Below are positions 1-13,107 of a DNA stretch of 64,000 nt, one piece after another. The number at the start of each line of letters is the position of its first letter. Position 1 is the stretch's first letter. The position numbers and the translations under genes were made by a program. The notes beneath the pieces were generated by a model, which was not told the DNA's origin, did no database searches, and was given only the letters and a program-made list of their open reading frames with translations. The stretch is from Actinomycetes bacterium (lineage in GTDB: Bacteria > Actinomycetota > UBA4738 > HRBIN12): positions 10,700-74,699 of the forward strand of contig JAJNBA010000001.1 of assembly GCA_021155985.1 (NCBI GenBank). Reading direction: 5' to 3'.

Positions 1-263
1 GAGGGGTGATCCATGTCCTGGTCGAGGACGGGGCCGCTGCCCGTGCCGCGCTCGAGGGGGCCGGTCTCAACGTCGAGAGCGAGGCCGAGGCGATCGTGAG
101 CGCGATCCCGGGGGACGTGAGGACGCCGGGGACGTTGGGGAGGATGGCGCGCGCGGTCGCCGAAGCGGGGGTCAACATGCGAGCCGTCTATCTCGCCACG
201 GACAATCGCGCCGTTGCCGTGACGGACGACAACGCGAAGGCGCTCGCGGCCCTCGGGATGTAG
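1..263 (+). CDS. ACT domain protein, probably 5'-truncated by the window edge (paralog of the next gene)
   Basis: ORF 6..263 has no in-frame stop between it and the window start. Its product (IHVLVEDG...GTLGRMARAVAEAGVNMRAVYLATDNRAVAVTDDN) is collinear with residues ~45-128 of the adjacent 128-aa ACT-type ORF. Confidence 0.55.
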   Translation, partial: GVIHVLVEDGAAARAALEGAGLNVESEAEAIVSAIPGDVRTPGTLGRMARAVAEAGVNMRAVYLATDNRAVAVTDDNAKALAALGM

Positions 264-313
264 CTCACCGAGCGAGCGACGGAAGACGTTCCGACGAAGG
301 GAGGGATGAGCGG

Positions 314-700
314 ATGGCGACGGACCTGACCGTCATACTCGACGATCGCGCGGGCCAGCTCGCGCACATGGGGGAGGCGCTGGGTGACGCGGGGGTCACG
401 ATCGAGGGGATCAGCGCGACGACCAGCGACGGCGTCGGGATCGTGCACGTGCTCGTCGACAACGCGATGGTCGCGCAGAACGCTCTGATCCTGGCCGACA
501 TCAAGGTCGAGGGCGAGGCCGACGCGGTCGTGATCGATCTGACCGCCGAGGAGGCGGGCAAGCCCGGCGCGCTGGGACGGCTCGCCGGCAAGGTATCGAT
601 GGCGGGGATCAACGTCTCGGTCGCCTATCTGGCCACCCGTGACCGGGTGGCGCTCGTGACCAACGACAACGAACGGGCACGGGAGGCGCTCCAGGCGTAA
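314..700 (+). CDS. ACT domain-containing protein (small-molecule binding, function unknown)
   Basis: 128-aa ORF with a GGGAGGGA SD ~8 nt upstream. Two ACT-like halves (VILDDRAGQLAH..., PGALGRLAGKVSMAGINV...). Family-level call only. Confidence 0.6.
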   Translation: MATDLTVILDDRAGQLAHMGEALGDAGVTIEGISATTSDGVGIVHVLVDNAMVAQNALILADIKVEGEADAVVIDLTAEEAGKPGALGRLAGKVSMAGINVSVAYLATRDRVALVTNDNERAREALQA

Positions 701-746
701 GGCTCGCCCGGACCGACCGCGCCCACGGGCTCTCGCGCCCGCGGGG

Positions 747-2872
747 CTACCGCTCCGACGACCGCCCGTCGCCCTCGAACCGCAGCAGCATCAGTGAGTG
801 CGCGACCAGGTTCAGTGCCTCGCGTCGGATCACCCGCGTCTGGCCGGGGTTCGCCGTCTGGAGGATCTCGTGCCAGACGCCGCCCCCTTCGAAGCGGGGA
901 AGGGTGACCTTCTTCGAACGGGTTCCACCGTTCAGCAAGAGGAGGACGGTGTCGCCGCGGATCCGTCGCCCCCGATCGTCTCGCTCATCGGTGGCTCGTC
1001 CCGGGATCAGCATCCCGAGGACCCGGTTCTCCGGGTCCGCCCAATCCTCGTCGGTCATCTCCTCCCCGTCGGGCCGCACCCACATCACGTCCTTCCGGCC
1101 ACCGCCGTCGAACGTCCCGCTGAAGAACGAACGGCGCCGGAGCACCGGGTTCGATCGGAAGATCTGCAGGGCCGACCTGGTGAAGTTCAACATCGCCTTA
1201 TCGCGGTGCTCCCAGTCGAACCAGCTGACCTCGTTGTCCTGGCCGTACGCGTTGTTGTTGCCGCGCTGCGTCCGGGAGATCTCGTCGCCGCCGAGGAGCA
1301 TCCGGACGCCCTGGGAGAAGATCAACGTGGCGATCAGGTTGCGCTTCATCCGCTCGCGGAGCTTCACGACCTCCGGTTGATCCGACGGACCTTCCACACC
1401 CCAGTTCGCGGAGAAGTTCTCGTCCGACCCGTCTTCGTTGCCCTCGCCGTTCTCCTCGTTGTGCTTCGACTCGAACGTGACGAGGTCCTGCAGGGTGAAG
1501 CCGTCGTGCGCCGTGACGAAGTTGACCGAGGCGTACGTGTTCCGCCCGCTCGCCTCGTAGAGGTCGCTCGATCCGGAGAGCCGGAACGCGAGCTCCGGTA
1601 GCTGCCCGGGGTCGCCGCGCCAGAACCGACGGACGCAGTCCCGGTACTTCCCGTTCCACTCCGCCCATCCCACGGGGAAGTTGCCCACCTGGTAGCCGCC
1701 GGGACCGACGTCCCATGGCTCGGCGATCAGCTTCACCTGAGAGAGCACCGGGTCCTGCTGGATGATGTCGAAGAACGTCCCCAGGCGGTTCACCTCGTAG
1801 AGCTCGCGAGCGAGGACCGGCGCCAGATCGAAGCGGAACCCGTCCACGTGCATCTCCAGCACCCAGTGGCGGAGGCTGTCCATGATCAGCTGGATCGCGC
1901 GTGGATGGAGCATGTTGAGGCTGTTGCCCGTCCCTGAGAAGTCGATGTAGTAGCGCGGATCGTCGGGAGAGAGCCGGTAGAAGGCCTTGTTGTCGATGCC
2001 ACGGAGGGAGAGCGTCGGGCCGAGGTGGTTCCCCTCGGCGGTGTGGTTGTAGACGACGTCGAGGATCACCTCGATCCCGGCCCGGTGCAACGTCTTGACC
2101 ATCGACTTGAACTCGTAGACCTGCTGCCCGACGGAACGGGTGGCATAGGCGTGGTGCGGGGCGAAGAACCCGATCGAGTTGTAGCCCCAGTAGTTCGCGA
2201 GGCCGCGCTCGACGAGGTGCCGGTCGTCGACGAACTGGTGGACCGGGAGGAGCTCGACCGCGGTCACGCCGAGCGACAGCAGGTGCTCCACCAGGGGATC
2301 GTGCGCGAGCGCGAGGTACGTTCCCCGTATCTCCGGGGGGATCGAGGGATTGGTCTTCGTCATGCCCCGCACGTGCGTCTCGTAGACGACCGTCCGGTTC
2401 CACGGCGTCTCCGGCCGACGGTCCTCTCCCCAGGTGAACGCCCGGTCGATCACCACGCACTTCGGCATCGAACCCGCGCTATCGCGCGCGTCGAACGAGA
2501 TGTCCTCGTCCGCGTGGCCGATCTCGTAGCCGTAGACCGCGTCGTGCCATCGAACCGGTCCGCTGACCGCTCTCGCGTACGGATCGAGGAGGAGCTTGTT
2601 CGGGTTGAACCGGTGGCCCTCCCGCGGCTCGTACGGTCCGTGCACGCGGTAGCCGTACAGGCGTCCCGGTCGCACGTCCGGCAGGTACGCGTGCCACAGC
2701 AGGTCCGTTCGGTTCGTGAGCGGGATCCGCTCGGCCTCCACCGCGTCGTCGGGCCGCTCGAACAGGCAGAGGTCGACGCCGGTCGCGTGCTCGGAGAACA
2801 GCGAGAAGTTGACCCCTTCCCCGTCCCACGTGGCGCCCTGGGGATAGGGCGAGCCCGGCCAGACCCGGATCG

Positions 2873-2876
<4 letters not shown>
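747..2876 (-). CDS. glgX: glycogen debranching enzyme GlgX (GH13)
   Basis: N-terminus [29 protein letters not shown] plus GH13 debrancher blocks ([26 protein letters not shown]). Start moved from track 2903 to in-frame GTG 2876, which overlaps the glgB TGA (GTGA). Confidence 0.93.
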
Positions 2877-4764
<1,888 letters not shown>

Positions 4765-4768
<4 letters not shown>

Positions 4769-6861
4769 GGGGCTCCGCTCCCGCCGGATCCGTCGCCGCG
4801 GATCCGGTCGATCCGTTCCAGCGTCGGCGTGACCTCCGGTCGGTGTTGCAGTTCCTCGAGGGTCCACGGGTAGCGTCGGCGCCAGTTGGGCCGTTCGGGG
4901 CCGGTGCCCGGCACGTTCTGGGGATCGGGCTCCAGGAGGAGATCGCCGAGCGAGGTCGTGATGATCGCGGCGCTGCTGGCGGCCAGGCGTCCCAGCGAAG
5001 CCTCGAGCGAGGCTCGCGGGTTCTCCCCGTCGAGGTCGGCCCGGAGCCCGCTGCCGGGGAGCGAGGCGGGCAGCGCCTCGCGGACGTTCCGCCGCGCGAG
5101 GAGGATCTCCTCGGCCTGCGTCCGGTCGATCAGTCCGAGCTCCTGGCGGAGCGGGACGTCGGCCCCCCGCCAGAAGCCCGCCCACGTCGGCATGTCGTGG
5201 GTGTTCAACGCCGCCACGCTCTCGGCCGGCGGTTCGGGGAGCCCTCCGCTGCCTGCCTCGCGCTGCGCGACGTAGGTCCGGAGGATCCCGTGGGCTCGCA
5301 TCGCCGGGCGGACGGCTCCCGGCACCGTTCCGAGATCCTCGCCGACCACCACCGCCTGCGACTCGTTCGCCGCGATCGAGAGGAGCGCGTACCACTCTTG
5401 GGCCCGATACCGCACGTACACGCCGTCCTTGGCCCCGGCGCCGCGCGGGACCCAGTAGAGGCGATGCAGCCCGATCACATGGTCGATCCGCGCGATCGCC
5501 GCGTGGCGGAACAAGGTCCGGAATACCTCGTCGTGGTACCGGTAGCCGGCCTCGCGCGCCCCGTGCGGATGCGGTGGGGGCGCGCCCCAGTCCTGTCCTT
5601 GCGACCAGAACGCGTCCGGTGGGGCGCCGGCTGCGACGTCCGGCGCGAAAGAAGATCGTTCGCGCCAGACGTCGTAGCCGGCGCCGTTCACGCCGATCGG
5701 GAGATCGAGCATGAGGCCGCCGCCGGCGGCACCGGCCCCGTCGGCCGCCTCGGCCAGCTGCTGCGTCGCGACCCATTGGACGTAGAGGTGGTAGCGCGCA
5801 CGATCGTCCTCGAGCGCGTCGCCGGGGAGCGAGCCGTTGCGCTCCGCATCGGGCCAGGCTCCCCACCACGACCCGCGCCGTTCGACCTCGGCACGGAATC
5901 GCGCATAGTCGGCGGCGCGCTGATTCCGCGCGAACTCGGCGAGGCCGGCGGGAGGCGTCCCTCCGAACGCCTGCTGCGCGAGGGGGTCGAGGATCGTCCG
6001 CTTCGCCGCCGCCACGGCCGGATGGTCCGAGAGGTCGGCCTTTCGCAGCCGCGCGATCCGTTCGCGGAGAGCCGGATCGTCCAGTGCCTCACGCGCCGCG
6101 TCGGACGCCTCGAGGCCGGGTGCCCGGGTGACGTCGATGTAGGTCTCGTTCCAGAACAGGCGGCTCGCGGGCGAGTAGGGGCTCGGCTCGAGCATCGACT
6201 CCTCGAGGAACTGCGCGAACAGCGGGAGGGTCGCCGTCACCGACCCGCCCAGGCCTTCGACCCACCGCCGCAGATCGCCGAGGTCGGAGAAGCTCCCGAC
6301 CCCCCAGTCGTCCTCCGCGCGGAGCGCGTAGAGCGGAGCGAAGACCCCCCACCACCGGCCGGACGGCTGCGGACACTTCCTCGGCGCCGACAGGACGAGC
6401 GTCTGTACCATCGTCCCCTCGGCGTCGAGCCACAGGGTGTGTCGTCCTGCGGGAAGCGTGCGGCCGATCCCGATGCGCGCGGGGACGGATCCCGCCTCCC
6501 CTGCACCCGTCACGGTCGGCGTGGCTTCGTCCCATCGGTCGGGCTCCTCGCCTTCGGGCGCGAGCCCGACGCTGAGGGGGCGCGCGGAGCCCGACGCCGG
6601 GACGCGCACGGCGACCTCGCGGACCCGCCCGCCCCATGCGACGATCACCGGCTCGATCCGCCGACGGGCGAGCTCCTCCCGGCGGGCTCGGAGCGCCGCC
6701 GGCGCATCCCGGAGCGACATGATCGGGGCGCCCATCGCCCTGAGCACGGCGATCATGCTGTCCACGCTCGCGTGCACGCGCTTCCCGTGCACGTTGCGGT
6801 AGCTCTCCTGGACGTCGTAGAGACGAGCGAGCTCCCGCAACACGCGGCGATCGTCGGTCAC
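4765..6861 (-). CDS. malQ: 4-alpha-glucanotransferase MalQ (GH77, long actinobacterial form)
   Basis: GH77 blocks ([50 protein letters not shown]). In-frame GTG 6861 overlaps the upstream gene's TGA. The 294-codon extension in the track is Arg-rich shadow sequence. Confidence 0.9.
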
Positions 6862-9800
6862 GGGCCTTCGTCCAACAGATCGAGCAGGCCCCGCACCGGC
6901 ACCGGCAGCCAGTCGGGACGGTTGTCGAGCTCGTAGCCGACCTCGTACACGGCCTTGTCGAGCAGCTGCGCGTGCAGCAGCCTTCGGGTCTCCTCCTCGG
7001 TCTCCGGCAGGAGCGGACTGTCGCCCACGACGTCGAAGTAGTGATCGAGGTACGTGGCGGAGACCCAGTGGGTCCAGGCCTGCGCCCAATCGGCGAGCGA
7101 GGTCTTCTCCTCCTGGGAGAGATCCTGGACCCACGGCCAGCGCATCGCCGTGCGGGTCGCGTAGTCGAAGGAACGGAGCATCCCGGCCACGTCCCGGAGT
7201 GGGGAGCGCTTGATCCGCCGTTCGCTGAGCGGTCGGGCGGGCTCGCCCTCGAAGTCGATGATGATGAAGTCGCGGCCGGTCCACAGGACCTGGCCGAGGT
7301 GGAAGTCTCCGTGGATCCGGGTGCGCTGTCCGCTGATCCGTTCTCCCGTGATCACCGTGTACCGGGAGAGGAGCTCGTCCTCGCGAGCAAGCAGCTCCTC
7401 GACCTCGGGACCGACCTGATGCTGGCTGAGGCGGCGGAGCGTCGCCACCGCCTGTGAGCGCATCGACTGGTACATCGAGCGCTGGTACATCCGCGTGACC
7501 GGCTCGGGCGCGAACACGGGATCGTCGGGCCGCGAGCCGAGCGCGAGATGCAGCTGAGCGGTGCGGCGACCCAGCAGCCACGCCGATCCGAGGAACGGCC
7601 CGATCAGGTCGTAGGTGAGCAAGGACGGCAGCTCGCCCACCATGTCCATCACGGAGCGCTCCACGCGGGGGACCGGCTGGTCGGCCGGGAGGGCCAGAGC
7701 CCGTTCGAACGACTCCCGCACGGCATCGAGCGCGTAGGCCCACGCATCGCCCTCGTTCTGGATGAAGCCCTGCAGGATCGCGATGGTCGATCCCTTGCCC
7801 TCGTCGAGCATCTCGATCGCGCCGGCCGCGGGCGCCGCATGCCGGAAGACCGTGCGGTCGGTCAGGAAGCGGCCGACCTCGAGCTCCGGATTGATGCCCT
7901 CCTCGAGTCGACGGAACAGCTTCAGCACGAGACGGTCCTCGAACGTCACCGACGTGTTGCTCTGCTCACCCCAGCTGACCTGGGTCTCGAGCGGGCCGGT
8001 CCCGCGCAGACGGATGAAGCCCTCCGCACGGGTTCCGGCGATCCGGCGCCGTTGACCGCGCGCGACGCGCCGGCGCTCGATCATCTCCAGCATGGCGTCG
8101 GCGAACGCCGCATCGCGCAGCCCGTCGACCACCAGCCAGACGCCGTCGGCCGCTTCGACCCGCGCCACCACGTATTCCTGGCCGATGTCGTCACCCTCCC
8201 GCCTGCCGGCCAGGGGGAGGGCGTAGGTCGCCGGCTCCCCTTCCGTGAACGTCACGTCGACGAGCGCGATCACACCCTGGCCATCGCCGCCGCCGACGCG
8301 GATCGTGTCGGCGATCGTCACGGTGGACACCCGCCTGCCTTTGGCCCCGAACCAGCGCTGCCGAACCAGGAACCGGGGGAGGGATCGCTCGAGGTCGCCC
8401 CGCGCCGGAGGATCGAGCACCGCGTCCCACGACGTGGACGAGGTCAGGGTCGGAACGGGCGAGGAGAGGATCTCCTCCTCGCGCTCGTCCGGCTGGAGCC
8501 GGAACCAGAAGTAACCGTACGGACCCAGCGTGATGAAGTAGGGGAGCTGGCCGATCCGCGGGAAGTGGGTCGGGCCGAAGAGCTCGACCGGGATCTGGCC
8601 GTCGAAGCGCGACAGGTCCAGCTCCACGAACTGCGCGCTCCGAGAAAGGTTGGCCACGACCAGCGTGCGGTCCTCGCCGAACGTGCGGAGGAACGAGACC
8701 ACCTTGCGGTTCTCCGGATAGAGGAACTCGATGTCGCCGCGCGAGAGCGAGGGAGAGCGTCTGGCCGCGCCGATCAGTCTGCGCATCCACCACAGGAGCG
8801 ACGTCGGGTTGTTCTGTTGCGCCTCGACGTTCACAGCCGAGGGGTGATGCTCCGGATCCGCGACGAGGGGGAGGTACAGGCGCTGCGGGTTGGCGGCGGA
8901 GAATCCCGCGTTCCGGTCCTGGTTCCATTGCATCGGCGTCCGCACGCCGTTGCGGTCGCCGAGGTAGATGTTGTCGCCCATCCCGATCTCGTCGCCGTAG
9001 TAGATGACGGGGGTGCCGGGAAGCGAGAAGAGGAGCGCGTTCATCAGCTCGATCCGGCGCCGGTCGTTGCCAAGGAGCGGGGCGAGGCGCCGTCGGATCC
9101 CCAGGTTCACCCGCGCCTGCGGATCTCCGGCGTAGACCCGGTACATGTAGTCGCGCTCCTCGTCGGTGACCATCTCGAGCGTGAGCTCGTCGTGGTTGCG
9201 GAGGAACGTCGCCCATTGCCCGCTCTCCGGGATCGGGGGCGTCTGGTTCAGGATGTCGATCAGCGGGAACCGGTCCTCCATCCGGTTCGCCATGAACATC
9301 CGCGGCATCAGCGGGAAGTGGAACGCCATGTGGCAGCGGTCTCCGTTCCCGAAGTACGCGACGGCGTCCTCCGGCCACTGGTTGGCCTCCGCGAGCAGCA
9401 TCCGATCCTCGAACGAGGCGTCGACGTGGCGCCGCAGATCCGACAGGAACCGCATGGTCTCCGGGAGGTTCTCGCCGTTCGTGCCCTCCCGCTCGAACAG
9501 GTAGGGGACGGCGTCCAGCCGCAGCCCGTCCACGCCGAGCCCCAGCCAGAAGTCGACCACGTCGAACATCGCCGCGCGCACCCGCGACTCGTCGAAGTTG
9601 AGATCCGGCTGATGGGAATAGAACCGATGCCAGTAGTACTGCCCGGCCATCTGGTCCCACGCCCAGTTCGACGACTCGAAGTCGCTGAAGATCACCCGCG
9701 CGTCGGGGTATCCCTCCGGCGTGTCGGCCCAGACGTAGAAGTTTCGCTGCCAGGAGTTCGCTTTCGCCGACCGGGCCCGCTGGAACCACGGGTGCTCGTC

Positions 9801-10226
9801 GGACGTGTGGTTCATCACGACCTCGGTGATCACCCGCAGGTCGCGTCGGTGCGCCTCCTTGAGGAACGTCCGGAAGTCGCGCATCGTGCCGTATGCGGGG
9901 TGGATCGCCTTGTACGCGGAGATGTCGTAGCCGTCGTCCTTGAGCGGGGACGGGTAGAACGGCAGGAGCCACACGGCGGTCGCGCCCAGGTCCCGGATGT
10001 GGTCGAGGCGTTGCACGAGTCCCGCCAGGTCGCCGACACCGTCGGCGTTGCTGTCCTGGTAGGCCCGCACGTGGAGCTCGTAGATCACGGCGTCCTGGTA
10101 CCAGCGCGAAGGTGCGCCGAGGGAGGCGAGACCCGTCGCAGGTTCGGTCGTGGGGTCGGTCGCCGTGGTGGCCGCCGGGGTCTCGGATGCCGATGGCTCC
10201 GCGGTCGTCCGCACGCGAGGCGTCAC
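6858..10226 (-). CDS. treS: trehalose synthase fused to maltokinase (TreS-Pep2/Mak)
   Basis: N-terminal GH13 TreS blocks (WYQDAVIYELHVRAY, VMNHTSDEHPWF, GLRLDAVPYL, LRNHDELTLE) run in one frame into a C-terminal maltokinase domain (HGDFHLGQVLW, DFIIIDFEGEP). GTG 10226 overlaps the glgE TGA. Confidence 0.9.
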   Translation of the reverse strand: MTPRVRTTAEPSASETPAATTATDPTTEPATGLASLGAPSRWYQDAVIYELHVRAYQDSNADGVGDLAGLVQRLDHIRDLGATAVWLLPFYPSPLKDDGYDISAYKAIHPAYGTMRDFRTFLKEAHRRDLRVITEVVMNHTSDEHPWFQRARSAKANSWQRNFYVWADTPEGYPDARVIFSDFESSNWAWDQMAGQYYWHRFYSHQPDLNFDESRVRAAMFDVVDFWLGLGVDGLRLDAVPYLFEREGTNGENLPETMRFLSDLRRHVDASFEDRMLLAEANQWPEDAVAYFGNGDRCHMAFHFPLMPRMFMANRMEDRFPLIDILNQTPPIPESGQWATFLRNHDELTLEMVTDEERDYMYRVYAGDPQARVNLGIRRRLAPLLGNDRRRIELMNALLFSLPGTPVIYYGDEIGMGDNIYLGDRNGVRTPMQWNQDRNAGFSAANPQRLYLPLVADPEHHPSAVNVEAQQNNPTSLLWWMRRLIGAARRSPSLSRGDIEFLYPENRKVVSFLRTFGEDRTLVVANLSRSAQFVELDLSRFDGQIPVELFGPTHFPRIGQLPYFITLGPYGYFWFRLQPDEREEEILSSPVPTLTSSTSWDAVLDPPARGDLERSLPRFLVRQRWFGAKGRRVSTVTIADTIRVGGGDGQGVIALVDVTFTEGEPATYALPLAGRREGDDIGQEYVVARVEAADGVWLVVDGLRDAAFADAMLEMIERRRVARGQRRRIAGTRAEGFIRLRGTGPLETQVSWGEQSNTSVTFEDRLVLKLFRRLEEGINPELEVGRFLTDRTVFRHAAPAAGAIEMLDEGKGSTIAILQGFIQNEGDAWAYALDAVRESFERALALPADQPVPRVERSVMDMVGELPSLLTYDLIGPFLGSAWLLGRRTAQLHLALGSRPDDPVFAPEPVTRMYQRSMYQSMRSQAVATLRRLSQHQVGPEVEELLAREDELLSRYTVITGERISGQRTRIHGDFHLGQVLWTGRDFIIIDFEGEPARPLSERRIKRSPLRDVAGMLRSFDYATRTAMRWPWVQDLSQEEKTSLADWAQAWTHWVSATYLDHYFDVVGDSPLLPETEEETRRLLHAQLLDKAVYEVGYELDNRPDWLPVPVRGLLDLLDEGP

Positions 10227-12208
10227 GGTGTCCGGCCCTCGCCGGGTTCGATCGCGAGGACGTGACCCGGCTGATGCCCGGGATGGAGCTCGACGAAGTT
10301 CCGTGCTCCGGTCCACGAGAACGTCTCCCCCCCGAGGAGGTCACGCGCGGTGAAGGGCGCGTCCCACGCCATCCCGAGCTCCGGCATCCGGAGGTCGACC
10401 CAGCCGGATCGGGGATGCACGGGATCGAGGTTCACGATGACGACCACGGGGTCCTTCCCGTCGGGGAGCGTCTTGCTGTAGGCGAGCAGCTGGTCGCCGT
10501 CCACCGGGTGGAACCGGAGCGTGCGGTCGTGCTGCAGGGCCGGATGCCCGCGGCGGATCAAGTTGACGCGGGCGATCAGCTCGCGCAAGCCACCGGCGGC
10601 CGGGGTTCGGGGACGGATCTCGTACTTCTCGGAGTGGAGGTACTCCTCGGAGCCGGGCTCCCTGGGCTCGCTCTCCATGTGCTCGAACGCGGGTCCGTAG
10701 ACCCCATAGTTCGCGCCGAGGGTCGCCGCGAGGAGGAATCGGAGTCGGAACGCCGCGGGTCCTCCCTCCTGCAACTGATCCGTGAGGATGTCCGGCGTGT
10801 TCGGCCACAGGTTCGGCCGCAGGAAGTCGGGAACGGATCCCTGGGTGAGCTCGATCAGGTACTGGGTCAGCTCGTCCTTCGTCCGTCGCCACGCGAAGTA
10901 CGTGTACGACTGATCGAACCCGATCTTGGCCAGATGTTCCATCACCCGCGGGCGTGTGAACGCCTCCGACAGGAACAGGATGTCGGGGTGATCCCGCTTC
11001 ACCTCGGCGAGCAGCCACTCCCAGAACGCGAAGGGCTTCGTGTGCGGATTGTCCACACGGAAGATCGGGACGCCACGATCGACCCAGAACAGCACGACAT
11101 CCAGGAGTGCCCGCCAGAGCCCCTCCCGATCCTTCGTCTCGAAATCGATCGGGTAGATGTCCTCGTACGTCTTCGGCGGGTTCTCCGCGAAGCGGATCGT
11201 GCCGTCGGCCCGATGGCGGAACCACTCGGGATGCTGCTTGACCCACGGGTGGTCGGGCGAGCACTGGAACGCGAGGTCGAGGGCGAGCTCCATCTCGTGG
11301 CGCTTCAGCTCTGCGAGCAGGTGCTCGAGATCGTCGAACGTCCCGAGATCCGGATGGATCGCGGTGTGCCCACCGACCTCCGATCCGATCGCCCACGGGC
11401 TCCCCGGATCGTCGGGTCCGGCAGCCGCGGTGTTGTTCGGGCCTTTCCGGCTGGTGCGCCCGATCGGGTGGATCGGCGGCAGGTACAGCACGTCGAACCC
11501 GAGCTCGGCGATGTCCGGCACGAGCGCGGCGACGTCGCGGAGCGTGCCGTGCCGAGCGGGATCGGGAGACGCCGAGCGCGGGAAGAGCTCGTACCAGGCG
11601 CCGTGGCGTGCCCGTTCGCGGGTGGCGACCATCTCGAGCTCCTGCGAGACGGCCGCCCCGCGGCGTCGATCGGGATGCGAGGACATCAGCGCATGGAGGT
11701 CGTCGGACAGGGCGAGCGTGGTCCCCGCGGCCGTGTCCTTTCGGCGCATGACCGACGCGGCCTCTTTGAGCCGATCCGCATCGCCGTCGGCTCCCGCGGC
11801 GCGGGCGCGCCGCGCCGCGCCGCTCACGAGCGCAGCCCCTTCCTTGAGCTCGACGGCGACGTCCTGGCCGGCGCCACGGCGCTTCTCGAGATCCGACCGG
11901 AACGTCGCCCAGGTATCGATCCAGCCCTTGACGCGGAAGCGGTAGGTGCCGGGTTCCTTGATCGCGAGCTGGGACCGCCAGTGATCGTTCCCGAGGGGAA
12001 CCATCGGCGCCTCGTCCCAGTCGGCATCGTCATGGCGGATCAGGACGCACGCAGCCGGCAGGTCGTGCCCATCGGTGAACACGTCCGCCTCGATCGGCAC
12101 GACGTCCCCGACCGAGGTCTTCGCGGCAAAGAGCCCGCCGTCGACGGCGGGCGACACGTGCTCGATCACGATCCTCGTCAGCGTGGCGAACTCGACTCCT
12201 CTCTCCAC
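10223..12208 (-). CDS. glgE: alpha-1,4-glucan:maltose-1-phosphate maltosyltransferase GlgE
   Basis: GlgE blocks (IEHVSPAVDGG, YLPPIHPIG, FRVDNPHTKPF, SEAFTRP). The 5' end is uncertain: GTG 12208 is chosen, and the longest ORF reaches 12310. Confidence 0.88.
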   Translation of the reverse strand: MERGVEFATLTRIVIEHVSPAVDGGLFAAKTSVGDVVPIEADVFTDGHDLPAACVLIRHDDADWDEAPMVPLGNDHWRSQLAIKEPGTYRFRVKGWIDTWATFRSDLEKRRGAGQDVAVELKEGAALVSGAARRARAAGADGDADRLKEAASVMRRKDTAAGTTLALSDDLHALMSSHPDRRRGAAVSQELEMVATRERARHGAWYELFPRSASPDPARHGTLRDVAALVPDIAELGFDVLYLPPIHPIGRTSRKGPNNTAAAGPDDPGSPWAIGSEVGGHTAIHPDLGTFDDLEHLLAELKRHEMELALDLAFQCSPDHPWVKQHPEWFRHRADGTIRFAENPPKTYEDIYPIDFETKDREGLWRALLDVVLFWVDRGVPIFRVDNPHTKPFAFWEWLLAEVKRDHPDILFLSEAFTRPRVMEHLAKIGFDQSYTYFAWRRTKDELTQYLIELTQGSVPDFLRPNLWPNTPDILTDQLQEGGPAAFRLRFLLAATLGANYGVYGPAFEHMESEPREPGSEEYLHSEKYEIRPRTPAAGGLRELIARVNLIRRGHPALQHDRTLRFHPVDGDQLLAYSKTLPDGKDPVVVIVNLDPVHPRSGWVDLRMPELGMAWDAPFTARDLLGGETFSWTGARNFVELHPGHQPGHVLAIEPGEGRTP

Positions 12209-12246
12209 GTATACAGGTTCGGAGCCGAGACGGCCGCGATGGGAGG

Positions 12247-13044
12247 ATGGTCGGCGTGAAGCGGTTCGCGGCGGCGTCGATCGGCCTTTCCCTCGTGCTC
12301 GCGGCAGCATGCTCCCAGACCTCCGCCCGTGGCCCCACCGAGCGGTCTGCGGAGCCGTTCATCGAGGAGCGTGCGAGCGAGAGTCCCGCTCCCGGCATGA
12401 GCGACGATGCCGGGGGTGAGGAGGCCTCCGACCCGGCGACGGAACAAGGCCCTCCGCGCTTCGAGGGAGGCGTCTTCCGGATCGGGCCTACGCTCCGGGA
12501 CGTGCTGATCGGGAGGAACTGGACCCGGGGCTGCCCGGTGGCGATCGACGACCTCCGCGTGGTCCGAGTGAGCTACTGGAACTACCGCGGCGGCGTCGGG
12601 AGCGGTCCTCTCGTGCTCCACGAGCGCGTCGCGCGAGACGTGCTCTGGGTCTTCCACCGCCTGTTCCGCGCGAGGTTCCGGATCCAGGACATCGAGCTCG
12701 CGGCGAAGGACCGGCCGATCACGCGGGAGGACTACTGGAACAAGAACCGTCGGAGCGTGACGGCGTCGTTCAATTGCCGGCCCGCGACGGACAGCACCTC
12801 ACTGTCTCAGCATTCGTACGGCTGGGCGATCGACATCAACCCGCTGCAGAACCCCTACGTGCGCTCGGACGGGAGCACACTCCGGCACATCGCCCAGCCG
12901 TTCAAGGATCGATCAATGCAGCGCATGGGCATGATCCACGACGGCGACGTCGTGGTCCGATCGTTCGCCGCGATCGGGTGGGAGTGGGGTGGCCACTGGC
13001 ACACCCTGAAGGACTACATGCACTTCTCCCTCACCGGCAGATGA
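12247..13044 (+). CDS. M15-family (VanY / D-Ala-D-Ala carboxypeptidase-like) zinc peptidase, lipoprotein
   Basis: Lipobox LVLAAAC. LAS/M15 metal-ligand motifs SQHSYGWAIDINP and DYMHFS. A GGGAGG SD abuts ATG 12247, and GTG 12256 is a better-spaced alternative start. Confidence 0.8.
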   Translation: MVGVKRFAAASIGLSLVLAAACSQTSARGPTERSAEPFIEERASESPAPGMSDDAGGEEASDPATEQGPPRFEGGVFRIGPTLRDVLIGRNWTRGCPVAIDDLRVVRVSYWNYRGGVGSGPLVLHERVARDVLWVFHRLFRARFRIQDIELAAKDRPITREDYWNKNRRSVTASFNCRPATDSTSLSQHSYGWAIDINPLQNPYVRSDGSTLRHIAQPFKDRSMQRMGMIHDGDVVVRSFAAIGWEWGGHWHTLKDYMHFSLTGR

Positions 13045-13107
13045 GCGGAGGGAACTTCCGACGACCCTCTCCGGTCTTGCTGATACGGACCGAAGGAGGA
13101 GAGGTCG

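Noticed and set aside
4769-7743. Long N-terminal extensions of the glgB (to 5869) and malQ (to 7743) track ORFs
   Set aside because: The extensions overlap the upstream genes in another frame, are Arg/Pro-rich and have no homology. In-frame GTG codons that overlap the upstream stops give normal protein lengths.
7548-10344. 905-aa plus-strand and 717-aa minus-strand ORFs overlapping treS-pep2
   Set aside because: These are shadow frames of a gene with clear GH13 and maltokinase homology. Their composition is low complexity and Arg-rich.
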